From NCBI GenBank assembly GCA_965214705.1, contig OZ243972.1:3712001-3776000 (forward strand): a stretch of 64,000 nt of DNA, in the 5' to 3' direction. Origin of the DNA: Alphaproteobacteria bacterium (GTDB lineage Bacteria; Pseudomonadota; Alphaproteobacteria; UBA828). Position numbers and translations under genes: made by a program. The notes below the pieces were generated by a model that was not told where the DNA came from, did no database searches, and was given only the letters and a program-made list of their open reading frames with translations. This document shows positions 9,769-19,734 of the stretch, one piece after another. Every line of letters begins with the position of its first letter. The first letter of the stretch is position 1.

Positions 9769-10595
9769 TTAGGTACCTGACGGCCAGACGAGGGGAAATT
9801 CGGGGTCGTCGAGGGGATCGCCGTCGCGCAGCCGCCGGTGCACCTCGGGGAAGGGTGGCGAAACCTCACCGGGGCGCACCTTGAAGCGCATGTCGTCGCC
9901 GACCCAGCGGTGAACGAAGGCGCGGCGCCGCGCCGACGCCGATTCGTTGCCCGCCGCCCCGTGGACGGTGAGGAAGTGGAAGGCGATGGCGTCGCCCGGC
10001 GCCATGTCGAAGGACGCGATCTCGTAGTCGTCCCGGCGCCCGTCGATATCCGGCATGGTATCGAGCGCCTCGCCTTCGCGCTGATAGTCCACGCCAATGA
10101 ACTTTCTCGGCATGAACGACTTGCCCCAGCGGTGCGAGCCCACGACAAGCTCCAGGCATATTGGGCGGGGGACGGGATCGAGCGCAGTCCAGAAGCTCAC
10201 GCACTGCGTCCCGTCGATGCAGTAGTAGGGCAGGTCGTGGTGCCACGGCGTGCGTGACTCGGTACGCGGTTCCTTCACCAGCACGTGCTCGTGGAAGAAG
10301 CGCGCCGTGCCCGAGCCCATGAGCCGTGCGGCGAGCGCCGCCGCGTGGGAGCGGTACACGAAGTCGCGATACTCGGGCACGCGCGACCAGTTGCAATAGT
10401 CGCCGAAGAAGTAGCCCTTCGAGCCTTCGGGCTCGTACTCGCGGGTGTAGGGGCCGGGAGTGCGCATGTTGCGCTCGACACCGGCGCGCAGGGGATCTCG
10501 AGCCAGTCAGTGAACGCGCCCGCAAGATGGACGACGCCGTCCCGCTGGAAGCACCCGGCGGTGGCGTCATCGCTGCCGGTGTCTGCGGTGCTCAT
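9769..10595 (-). pseudogene. Phytanoyl-CoA dioxygenase (PhyH) family, frameshifted
   Basis: N-terminus FQRDGVVHL in one frame; TPWHHD...FHFLTVHGA...RRA in another; shift at the 4-nt run 10491-10494; may be a sequencing error. Confidence 0.8.
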
Positions 10596-10623
10596 GCGCG
10601 GTTCGGGATCGGGCGTGCCGGGC

Positions 10624-11550
10624 TCAGAAGTCGACCTGATCGCCGCCCTTGAGGCCCAGCATCTCGCGCGCCTCGGCAGGCGTCGCCACCTCCAGCGAGA
10701 GTTCCTCGACGATGCGCCTGGCCTTGGCCACCTGGGCGGCGTTCGACGGCGCGAGTTCGCCCTTGCCGAGGAAGAGGCTGTCCTCCAGCCCGACGCGGAT
10801 GTTGCCGCCCATCATCGCGCCCATGGTGACGAAGCTCATCTGATGGCGGCCGGCGGCCAGGATCGACCAGCGGTAGTCGTCACCGAACAGCTTGTTGGCG
10901 ATGCGGCGCATGTGCATCAGGTTCTCGTGGTCGGCGCCGATGCCGCCCAGGATGCCGAAGATGGTCTGCACGAAGAGCGGCGGCTTGACCATGCCGCTGT
11001 CGACGAAATGGGCCAGGTTGTAGAGGTGGCCGACGTCGTAGCACTCGAACTCGAAGCGCACGCCGTGGCCCTCACCTAAATCCTTCATAATGTATTCGAT
11101 GTCTTTGAAGGTATTTCGGAAAATGAAGTCCTTCGTGCCCTCCAGATGGGGCCTCTCCCAGTCGTACTTGAACTCCTTGTAGCGGTTCAGCATCGGGTAG
11201 ATGCCGAAGTTCATGGAGCCCATGTTGAGCGAGGTCATCTCCGGGCTTGCGCGGCGCGGCGCGGCGAGGCGCTCGTCGAGCGACATGCCGAGGCCGCCGC
11301 CGGTGGTGATGTTGATGACCGCGTCCGACTGCTGCTTGATGCGCGGCAGGAAGGCCATGAAGACGTCCGGATCGGGCGTGGGGCGGCCGTCGTTCGGGTC
11401 TCGGGCGTGCAGATGGAGGATCGAGGCGCCGGCCTCGGCCGCCGCCACGCCGTCGGCCGCAATCTCGTCCGGCGTGACCGGCAGGTGCGGCGACATGGTG
11501 GGGGTATGGATGGACCCCGTGACCGCGCACGTGATGATGACTTTGCTCAT
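10624..11550 (-). CDS. 3-keto-5-aminohexanoate cleavage enzyme family (BKACE/DUF849)
   Basis: KVIITCAVTG, HLHARD, SLNMGSMNF, RVGLEDS. Confidence 0.92.
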   Translation of the reverse strand: MSKVIITCAVTGSIHTPTMSPHLPVTPDEIAADGVAAAEAGASILHLHARDPNDGRPTPDPDVFMAFLPRIKQQSDAVINITTGGGLGMSLDERLAAPRRASPEMTSLNMGSMNFGIYPMLNRYKEFKYDWERPHLEGTKDFIFRNTFKDIEYIMKDLGEGHGVRFEFECYDVGHLYNLAHFVDSGMVKPPLFVQTIFGILGGIGADHENLMHMRRIANKLFGDDYRWSILAAGRHQMSFVTMGAMMGGNIRVGLEDSLFLGKGELAPSNAAQVAKARRIVEELSLEVATPAEAREMLGLKGGDQVDF

Positions 11551-11784
11551 GGCCCGTGGCCTCCCGCTCGTGTTCGCCGCGCCGCGCCGGCGCTTGCGAG
11601 GGTTCTAACCGCCCGCTACGGGCCTCGACAAGCGCGGTTTAGAGCGTTTCCGTTCGCACGGAAACACGCACCTTCTGTGCTAAGTAACTGATTCGATTGA
11701 GATAGTCATCCGTTTCTATTGCCACCGGGCGCGGAATTCAAGCTGATTCCGCACCCCGCTGCAACAGATCGATGACGCGCGATC

Positions 11785-12650
11785 ATGCCACCCATCCGTC
11801 TCACCCAGCGCCGAGTCGATGCCCTTCGACCCAGCCGCAAGGTGCGCGATGTCCGGGACGCCGAGCTGAAAGGGTACGGCGTCCGGGTCATGCCCTCCGG
11901 CACCCGGCGCTACTTCATCCACAGCCAGCACAGGGGCAAACGGGTCTGGAAGATCATAGGCGACGCGGCGGCGATCGCCGAGCCCGAAGCGCGGGCCAGG
12001 GCCAGGTCCATGCTCGCCGCGTTGCGCGACGGCCGGGAGCCCGCCGCGGCGGACCCCGGCGGCACCCTCTTCGAGATCGTCGCCGAGGAGGTCTTCGACC
12101 GTTACAGGCGCCGCTGGAAGCCGCGCACCCTGAAAGTGAACCGCGACTACCTCTACAGGCAGATACTGCCCTTCTTCGCGAGCAGGCCCATCGGAGAGAT
12201 AACCCGGGAGGACGTGCGGGCCTGGTTCCGCTCTCTCCACGCGACGCCCGCTGCCGCGAACCGCTCGGCGCCGATTCTCTCGGTCATCATGCAACAGGCC
12301 GAGGTCTGGGGATACCGCCCGGAGGACAGCAACCCCTGCGCCGGCATCCGCCGCTACCGGCAGGGGCGGATCCGAGCGCTTTCTGACCCCCGAGGAGTAT
12401 CGCCGCCTCGCCTGCGTGCTGGGCCGGCACGAGGCCAGACGCCCCCTGCACGTGGCCGCCTTGTGCCTGCTGCTGCTCACCGGGTGCCGCAAGTCGGAGA
12501 TCCTCACCCTCCAATGGCGCTCCTACCGGGAGGGGCAGCTCTATCTGCACGACACTGGGGAAGGACGGTTCAGATCGGCCGACCGCGTACGGTCTGGCTG
12601 TGCGAGGCGGCGTGGGGCGTCCTTGACCGCCTGCCCCGGTCGTCCTGTTG
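11785..12650 (+). pseudogene. Tyrosine recombinase with arm-binding domain, frameshifted and truncated
   Basis: IRLTQRRVDAL...GYGVRVMPSG arm domain; frameshift near 12370 before ERFLTPEEY; LLLTGCRKSEIL in another frame; the KTG motif is disrupted and the C-terminal HxxR/Y region is absent. Confidence 0.85.
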
Positions 12651-13280
12651 CGCCATCGCTCGTTTTACCTCTCCGCATTCTCGGCTGAAGGCTTGAAAGT
12701 ATACGCCGATGCGATCCCGCCTGAAGATGAACTCGAGGAACCAGAGGAGGGGCAAGACTTTCGCAGTACTTTACGTCACCAAGCACAATTGACGGTGCTG
12801 GCCTTCAAGACCGGGGTCGCGGTCAGCGCAGACCTGTGGCTCGGTGGCTTCGACACCCACTCCAATCATGATCCCCTCCACGAATGGCTGTTCGGGAATC
12901 TCACCAGCGCGGTCGATTACTTGTGGAACTACGCCGAGGAGCATGGCGTCGCCGATCGCATGGTGGTGGTGATCGGCTCGGACTTCGGCCGCACCAACTT
13001 CTACAATTCCGGGAACGGCAAGGATCACTGGCCGATCGGGAGCTACGTGGTCATGGAGAAGAACCGGTCATGGACCGGGCGCGCGGTGGGCGAGACGGAC
13101 GGCCTGCACTTCGCCTACAAGATCGACCCCACGACGCTCCGCCGCGACGATACCTACGGGACGATCATCTACCCGAAGCACGTGCACAAGGCGCTGCGCC
13201 GCTACCTCGGCGTCGAGAACTCGGCAGGCGCTCTACGCTTCCCATTCAACAATACGGAGGATTTCGCTTTCTTTGTCTGA
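12651..13280 (+). pseudogene. 3' half of a DUF1501 gene (paralog of 37749-39014)
   Basis: GGFDTH, SDFGRT and GKDHW; collinear with the C-terminal ~210 aa of 37749-39014; 5' half replaced by the integrase remnant. Confidence 0.85.
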
Positions 13281-13414
13281 TTAGTCGTGGCGCTTGACAG
13301 TCAAATAAGCTGTGTAATCCCGTTGGCGAGTGCGCACGTTGGCATGGGTGTGATTCTCGTATGGCGATATGCCAGTCGTGATGGCGCTAAAGGATATGGG
13401 CTGGTTCATTTTGG

Positions 13415-14800
13415 TCAAGCAGCGAGTGCCAGGACTTCGGTTGGGCTGATGTTGTCGTTAGCTGGTCCGGATCGGGCGTCCATGAGCGCATCCCATGCCC
13501 GGTCGAAGAGGCCGGATTTGATCAGGGCGCGGAAGGTCAGAACCGCCTGCCCGCCGTCGATCCGCCAGCGCATGCCCGAGCGTTTCAAGCGCTGCGCGAC
13601 GAGGGTCTTGCAGGCCGCCTCGACCACACCCGAGCCGATGGCGATGCCCTCTTCCTTCAGGGCGTGGTAGCGCATCCGATGGCGGTGCTTTCGGAAGAAG
13701 GCCAGCTCGCGCTCGATCTCGGCCGGGTCCCCCTTTGCCCTGTCCAGGAGGTAGCGCAGTGCCCGGATCACCTTGTCGACGCCGCGGGGGTCGTGGCGCA
13801 GGATTTCGCGGTGCTTCTCGAACCAGTGGCGCGCCACCGCATGGTCAGAGGCCACGCGGAGATGCTCGCAAGCGTGCCAGAAGTCGATGACCTCGGTCTC
13901 GGGCGAGAGGCTTTCGAGGAAGGTCCAGTTGTCGGCGGCCCCGTCGGCGACGGCGCCGATCCTGATCTTCGGGCTCACACGGCGGATATGGGCGACCTCG
14001 CTTGCAAGTTGCGCTTTCAGCGCGGCCTTGCCGCTCTCGGGCATACGGCCGAGATAGAGGGTCTTCAGCCGTTGGCCCTCGGCGTCGTGGAAGGAGACCG
14101 TGCCGCAAGAGGCCTCGCGCCAGCACGCCTCGGCACGGCCGTCCTCGCCGGCCCGCAGCGCCACCATGACGCCGTCAAGGGAGACGGACGCGGTGACCGC
14201 ATCGGGCGGTATGCCCTGGGTTTCACGGATGCTGGCCAGCGTCTCCGGGGCGACGCTCTCCCAGTGCTCATGCATGCTCAGGGCCAGGCGCTGCAGCGTG
14301 CTCACCGACGGCGTCATTCCGCCCATTTTCGCGAAGAACTCCTCCGCTTCACGCGGCGTACAGTGGCCCATCATCATCAGCCCGAGCTGCGCCGCCGGCC
14401 GCGTCAGGTAGTCGTCGATGAGGCCCAGGCTCTCGTCCACCGGCACCAGCGACGTGCTGCTCGCGCCGCTGCGATAGCGCGCACGCCGATAGGTCACGGG
14501 ACCGAGCGTCGTCATGATCGTCTTCGGCGTCGCCGCCACCCGGACCCAGCTCTGTCCGTCGCGCTCGATCCGGCTCGCACCGTCGTCGCGGCTCTCGGCG
14601 AAGGCCCCAAGGAGCTTGCAACCCAAGCCGTTCATGGCGTCCCGCAGCCCCGTCTCAACCGTTTCGAACGTCTCGGCAGACGGGTCAGACCCAGCCTGTT
14701 CGCGACAGAACTCCACCACCTGGGCGACCGCTTCGGCGACTTCGGCAGGCAGGCCCAAAAGGTCGATGGACGAGGCGATGAGAGACTGCGACACTGGCAT
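13415..14800 (-). CDS. ISKra4-like (UPF0236) DDE transposase
   Basis: SLDGVMV, VADGAADNW, IDFWHACEHL, IGSGVVEAACK; same protein as 23676-25061; AGGAG RBS before MPVSQ. Confidence 0.88.
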   Translation of the reverse strand: MPVSQSLIASSIDLLGLPAEVAEAVAQVVEFCREQAGSDPSAETFETVETGLRDAMNGLGCKLLGAFAESRDDGASRIERDGQSWVRVAATPKTIMTTLGPVTYRRARYRSGASSTSLVPVDESLGLIDDYLTRPAAQLGLMMMGHCTPREAEEFFAKMGGMTPSVSTLQRLALSMHEHWESVAPETLASIRETQGIPPDAVTASVSLDGVMVALRAGEDGRAEACWREASCGTVSFHDAEGQRLKTLYLGRMPESGKAALKAQLASEVAHIRRVSPKIRIGAVADGAADNWTFLESLSPETEVIDFWHACEHLRVASDHAVARHWFEKHREILRHDPRGVDKVIRALRYLLDRAKGDPAEIERELAFFRKHRHRMRYHALKEEGIAIGSGVVEAACKTLVAQRLKRSGMRWRIDGGQAVLTFRALIKSGLFDRAWDALMDARSGPANDNISPTEVLALAA

Positions 14801-15000
14801 GGGAACGCTCCTGATGTTGGGTCTGATGTTGGGTTGTCGGCGCGGCATCCTACCGCATCTCGCGGTGCGGAGCGTTCCCACCCACCACTGCTGGATGCCG
14901 CCGTTGTGACAAAATCCGGCCCTGCACCGGCCGATTGTCACGAAAACCCGATTCTGGCTGCCTACGGCCACCCGCCAATCGCGCTAAATCAATGACTTAC

Positions 15001-16502
15001 GAGCCACTTGCAAAATTCCGCATTTGAGCGGGATTTTGCCGCCGTGGCGGTCAGATTGTCCTGGAAATCGGGACCGCTCTCTGTTCCTGTCGGGTTTCGG
15101 ACAACGTCGACGGAGAGGGCGGCCCCATGTCGCTGGGACAGACACTATCCGGATTCTGGCATCACATTCAAGCGGATCTTTTCCCGTGGCTTGAGGAGGA
15201 GCTCGGGCCGCTCGGCGAGAGGTACCGGCGCTTCGTCACCGTGCTTGAGCTTGCGCGGGTCGAGAGCTTCCTTCCCCATTTCCATGGCCTGCCCGGTCGG
15301 CCGGTCGAGGATCGGGCGGCCTTGGCCCGCGCCTTCATCGCCAAGGCGGTGTTCGACGTACCCACGACGCGCGCCCTGATCGAGCGCCTTGAGAACGACA
15401 AGACGCTACGCCGTCTCTGCGGCTGGACCTATGCCGCAGAGATCCCGAGCGAGGCGACGTTTTCGCGGGCGTTTGCGGAGTTCTCCGAGAGTGCGTTGCC
15501 CGCTCGCGTGCATGAGGCGCTGATCAAGCAGACCCTCGGAGACCATCTGGTCGGGCACGTCTCGCGCGACTCGACGGCGATCGAGGCGCGCGAGAAGCCT
15601 CAGCCCAAGCCCAAGGCGGAGAAGCCGAAGCGCAAGCGCGGCCGCCCGCGCAAGGGCGAGGAGCGGCCCAAGGAGGAGCGCCGCGTGAAACGCCAGCTCA
15701 CGATGAGCTTGCCCCAGATGCTCGACGACCTGCCGAAAGCCTGCGACGTCGGCACCAAGCGCAACGCCAGGGGCCATACCACATCGTGGATCGGTTACAA
15801 GCTGCACATCGACGCCGCCGATGGCGGCATTCCGATCAGTTGCATCCTGACGTCCGCCTCGCTGCACGACAGCCAGGCCGCGATCCCGCTGGCGAGTATG
15901 ACCGCCGACCGCGTCACCAATCTGTACGACCTCATGGACTCAGCCTATGACGCGCCCGAGATCGGCTGGCACAGCTACCTGCTGGGCCACGTCCCGATCA
16001 TCGACGTCAACCCTCGCGACAAGGAGTACAAGGAGGAGCTGGCGCGCGAGGCCAGGGCGCAGAGAGGCGTCGGTCACCGCCACCCGGCGGACGAGCGCTA
16101 CAACGAGCGCTCGAACATCGAGCGCATCAACGGTGGGCTGAAGGACAACTGCGGGGGCCGCCATGTCCGCGTGCGCGGCCATGCCAAGGTTCATTGCCAC
16201 CTGATGTTCGGCATCCTGGTGCTGACGGTCGACCAGCTGATGCGCCTCCTGGCCTGAGCGGCGCCTCCGTCGCTGTCACGCCGGCACGCCTCCCTCCGCG
16301 GAGGCGCAAAAAGCCATGTCCGCATCGCGACGGCGGGTCCAAAATGCGCCCGCATGGGCATCGGTTTGCGGCGAATCGGCGCCCCGGCGGCAGCCAGCGA
16401 CGTCCGCTCGTCCCGAAGTTCATGTTACGTTCCGACCGTCAATGTCCTCACGCCGGGCTCTCGGGAAAAGCAGACCGCGCCTGGGAGTTTTGCAAGTGGC
16501 TC
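15001..16502 (+). mobile_element. IS5/IS1182-like IS nested near the end of ISKra4 copy 1
   Basis: Perfect 15-bp IR GAGCCACTTGCAAAA; 4-bp TSD TTAC (14997-15000, 16503-16506); the empty site is visible in copy 2. Confidence 0.9.
15127..16257 (+). CDS. DDE transposase (IS5/IS1182-like; family uncertain)
   Basis: PSEATFSR, RDSTAI, GYKLH, MDSAYD, YNERSNIERING. Confidence 0.88.
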   Translation: MSLGQTLSGFWHHIQADLFPWLEEELGPLGERYRRFVTVLELARVESFLPHFHGLPGRPVEDRAALARAFIAKAVFDVPTTRALIERLENDKTLRRLCGWTYAAEIPSEATFSRAFAEFSESALPARVHEALIKQTLGDHLVGHVSRDSTAIEAREKPQPKPKAEKPKRKRGRPRKGEERPKEERRVKRQLTMSLPQMLDDLPKACDVGTKRNARGHTTSWIGYKLHIDAADGGIPISCILTSASLHDSQAAIPLASMTADRVTNLYDLMDSAYDAPEIGWHSYLLGHVPIIDVNPRDKEYKEELAREARAQRGVGHRHPADERYNERSNIERINGGLKDNCGGRHVRVRGHAKVHCHLMFGILVLTVDQLMRLLA

Positions 16503-16586
16503 TTACGATCGCCATGCCAGACCTACACCCCGTTGGCAGTCATCGTCAACTGAACATATTCTCAACGTTCCCCAGGTAATGCCGTC

Positions 16587-17495
16587 TCATGTAGTCACTC
16601 TGTCAACCAGGTGGCCATGGCAAGAGAGCTCCGAGTCGATGGCAAGATAGGGCGTGTCGCATCGCTCAAGCCATTCCAAGCCATTCCCTTGCTGTTGCAG
16701 CAACGCCACCGAAGCAATGGAACCTGCGACAACCGCCTGGGCCGCAACAACACTGACGCTCAACAGCCCGTCGATGGGCCAGCCGGTCCGGGGATCGATC
16801 AGGTGACTGTACCGTCGTCCTTCTATTTCCATGAATCGCTCATATCCGCCCGAGGTCGCGAGCGCGCCTTCCAAAAGCCAAACCGTGGCAATTGGCGAAT
16901 TCGTCTTCTGCGGATGTACGATGCCGATCGGCCAGGGCTCGTCACTCGCTTGCGGACCGACAATACAGATGTCACCGCCGAGATTGATTAGACCATGGCG
17001 AACACCAAGTTGCTTGGCGAGAACGGCAGTCGCATCGGCGGCGTATTCCTTCACAACGCCTCCAAAATCCAGCTCCATACCCGGCACAGACAGGTATACC
17101 TTCCCATCGGAATGTTGAACCTTGTCCCAACCCACTTTGATCAAACACGCGTCGATTTCTCCGTGCGACGGCAGGGTTTGCCGGCCTCGGTGCCACACGC
17201 GACGAAACACACCCGACGTGATGTCGAAAGCCCCATTGCTTTGCTCGTAGCAAACCGCTGCGTACTTTAGGAGGGAGGCCGTTTCCTCGTCTATACAGGT
17301 GGGTTCGACACCCGCAGCGCGGTTGATGGCCGTCGTCACGCTGTCTTCACTGTAACGAGAATACTTCCTTTCGAAGCGCCTGATTTCTTCAACACACTCT
17401 CGAATCGCGTGAGAACAATCCTCTTCCGTGGGTGCATATAGCCGCAGTTCGCATGGGCAGCCCATCGCAGTGAATCGATGCACGCACGGGACCAA
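16587..17495 (-). CDS. apbE: FAD:protein FMN transferase
   Basis: FTAMG, GAFDIT, LDFGGVVKEYAAD, NLGGD, ATSGGYER, YSHLIDPRTGWP. Confidence 0.92.
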   Translation of the reverse strand: MVPCVHRFTAMGCPCELRLYAPTEEDCSHAIRECVEEIRRFERKYSRYSEDSVTTAINRAAGVEPTCIDEETASLLKYAAVCYEQSNGAFDITSGVFRRVWHRGRQTLPSHGEIDACLIKVGWDKVQHSDGKVYLSVPGMELDFGGVVKEYAADATAVLAKQLGVRHGLINLGGDICIVGPQASDEPWPIGIVHPQKTNSPIATVWLLEGALATSGGYERFMEIEGRRYSHLIDPRTGWPIDGLLSVSVVAAQAVVAGSIASVALLQQQGNGLEWLERCDTPYLAIDSELSCHGHLVDRVTT

Positions 17496-17498
17496 TGA

Positions 17499-18650
17499 CT
17501 AGAACCTGTACTCGAAAGCGACGGAGGCCAGCGTAAAGTTCAGCAGAGCGGGATGTTCAATACCGGACGTGAGCCCGTATTTTTCGCTGGCTCTATAGCG
17601 ATCAATGCTGATCGTGACCGACCAATCCGGAAAATGAATGACGCCCTTCAACCCCGCGGTCACTGCACCGTAGGCAGCCAGGCGAAAATCGCTGGACTGG
17701 GCAACATTCAGCGGCAGGCTAAAATCGTCGATTGAACGGAAAAAGTCGGCGTCTGTCTGACTGTAATAGCGCACATTTGGGACCAGCTGAAATGAAGCGC
17801 CAACGTTCTGATACCACGAGGTATGAAGTGTGTGAGAGGCGATTCCCCAGTCATCCGTGTAGTAGCGATAGTCGACGTGCAACGATGCGCGCAGATTGTC
17901 CAGGAAGCGTCGATAACGCACACCGAGCGCGCTCTCGGTTCGTTTTCTGGGCCGCACGTCGCGAAGCTTGTAGGGGTCCGACAGGTAGCCAGTGTGCGCG
18001 GTAACGCCAAGCCCGGTGAAAATGACGGAGGAGCGGTCGATCACTTGCGACACGCCGAGAGACAGCGATCGACTCTGCCTGCTTTCCTTCAGTATTCGCC
18101 CGAATGCAGCGGCATCGCTCGGCTCAATGGTGTCGCTTGCGTAGCTCAAGCCTGCCGACAATACGGTCAGAGGGCCATTAATTTCCCATTCGCCGGATAC
18201 GGCCACAGCGTCGGACGTATAGTCGTCTTCGTCTGATCGCGTCAGCGTCAATGCTGCGCTGCTATCCTCAAAATAACGGGTGCCCGTCACACTGACTTCG
18301 GTTCTCTCGTCCTGGATCGTGGCCCCGCTCATGATGAGTGTGGGCTTTCCATCGGGGCCCATCACCGTTGCCCACGGAGAGGCGCCAGACATTGTCTCTC
18401 GCGAGACGTCCAATCCTGCGCTCCATTCTTGGCCTACAGGAGTCAGCAACCTGAACTGATGAATGTCGATGTCGTATCGTTGATTGTCCCCGCTCAGATG
18501 CAAGTGCTCGGGGATGTCGGCCTCCTTGTAGTTGGGGGTGCCGATGGAGAGGCTCGTTTCCACTGGCTGTGAATCGGCAAACGCGGGAAGCGAGGTCGCG
18601 GCAATGGTCAATGCCGTCAGAGGAGAAAGGGACTTCAACCTAGTTGCAAC
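17499..18650 (-). CDS. DUF3570 family outer-membrane protein (start approximate)
   Basis: GYLSDPY, YRYYTDDWGIASHT, RYYSQTDADFF, SSDFRL and a C-terminal Phe; two SGA[S/T] motifs; sits between apbE and DUF4266. Confidence 0.8.
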   Translation of the reverse strand, partial: VATRLKSLSPLTALTIAATSLPAFADSQPVETSLSIGTPNYKEADIPEHLHLSGDNQRYDIDIHQFRLLTPVGQEWSAGLDVSRETMSGASPWATVMGPDGKPTLIMSGATIQDERTEVSVTGTRYFEDSSAALTLTRSDEDDYTSDAVAVSGEWEINGPLTVLSAGLSYASDTIEPSDAAAFGRILKESRQSRSLSLGVSQVIDRSSVIFTGLGVTAHTGYLSDPYKLRDVRPRKRTESALGVRYRRFLDNLRASLHVDYRYYTDDWGIASHTLHTSWYQNVGASFQLVPNVRYYSQTDADFFRSIDDFSLPLNVAQSSDFRLAAYGAVTAGLKGVIHFPDWSVTISIDRYRASEKYGLTSGIEHPALLNFTLASVAFEYRF

Positions 18651-18861
18651 CGCATCCGGCGCCCGCCGTCTTCGCGCGACCGCGGGATGCTTCCTTGCTC
18701 TCGTAGACCTGTTCGTAAAGGGCACTCTGCAACATGTTCGGGTCCAACTGCATTTCCGGACGCGCGAGCGAGCCCCACTGCCAGGGAGAAACGGCCTCGC
18801 AAGCACCCAGCGCGAGTACGAGAGCCGCAACCGGCAGGAAGCGTCGCGCAAGGAGAATCAT
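18640..18861 (-). CDS. DUF4266 family lipoprotein
   Basis: Lipobox LGAC, V.PW..G.LARPEM, SKEAS, C-terminal GCGCN. Confidence 0.88.
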   Translation of the reverse strand: MILLARRFLPVAALVLALGACEAVSPWQWGSLARPEMQLDPNMLQSALYEQVYESKEASRGRAKTAGAGCGCN

Positions 18862-19373
18862 GGCTGATCCACCGGCTGCAGACCGAGGAGTTCGTCGATG
18901 TGGGCCCGTATGGCCCTCATATCGCCCGGCTTGAAGCCCTGATGCACCAGCGTGATCCGGCCTTTGGGGTCGATTACGAACGACGTCGGCATGGCCAGCA
19001 GACCATACGCCTCCGCGATTTTGCCATGCGGATCGCTCAAGTTATCGTAATTGACGGAGTAGCGACTCAAGAACCTGGTCGCATCGTCGATCCACTCGTC
19101 CACGCTGATGGCGATGACCGCCAAGCGCTCCTCCCCCAATTCGTATTGCATGACGATCATCTCCGGGATCGAGACTCGACACGCGATGCACCAGGATGCC
19201 CAAAAATCGAGGTAGCGAACTTTGCCGTGGCTTGCCGACAAGGACTTGATTTCCTGGCCATCCAATGTCGGCAAGGTGAAATCGGGAGCCAAATCTCCTT
19301 CCGAGACGGCCGATGCTGCAGCGGTGAACAGGACGCTCAGCGAGAGAATCACCGATAGCAGCAATGCTCTCAT
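18858..19373 (-). CDS. TlpA-family thiol-disulfide oxidoreductase
   Basis: Signal peptide, APDFTL, DFWASWCIAC, MPTSFVID. Confidence 0.9.
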   Translation of the reverse strand: MRALLLSVILSLSVLFTAAASAVSEGDLAPDFTLPTLDGQEIKSLSASHGKVRYLDFWASWCIACRVSIPEMIVMQYELGEERLAVIAISVDEWIDDATRFLSRYSVNYDNLSDPHGKIAEAYGLLAMPTSFVIDPKGRITLVHQGFKPGDMRAIRAHIDELLGLQPVDQP

Positions 19374-19734
19374 GGACGATCTCTTTCGACGGTCCACGCT
19401 ACTCCAGATTCGCAACAGACCGCATGCTCGATCGAGTATGGCGTGCCAATTGTACCTAGCGGCGCTCGCCGAGGTCAACTCTGCTTGCCTGCGCGATGTG
19501 CTCGCAAGCAGGGGCCAGAGAGGCCTCGTTCACTTCGCTCTACCTCCGACTATTGCAGGCCGTGAAGACGCCTGCGAATTGATCAGTTGGCCGACCGTTG
19601 AGTCAAGTAATTGCTTCCCGTCGTTGAAGTGTCGTCTATACTTGCGGCAAAACTTAAGCACAGGCAACTCTGCTGATCGCCGTGGCGTACATGCGACGGC
19701 TGTCCCGGATCTCATCGCTGCCGCGGGGAGCACA

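Larger units (their letters stand above)
13346..16530 (-). mobile_element. ISKra4-like IS copy 1, carrying a nested IS
   Basis: Imperfect 23-bp IRs GGGTGTGATTCTCGTATGGCGAT / GGGTGTAGGTCTGGCATGGCGAT; flanking repeat CGTTGGCA (13337-44, 16531-38; end placement +/-1 nt); 3185 = 1679 + 1502 + 4. Confidence 0.85.

Noticed and set aside
13294-13318. TTGACA sigma70 promoter
   Set aside because: The best -10 candidate (TGTAAT) is only 13 bp away, and there is no gene for it to drive.
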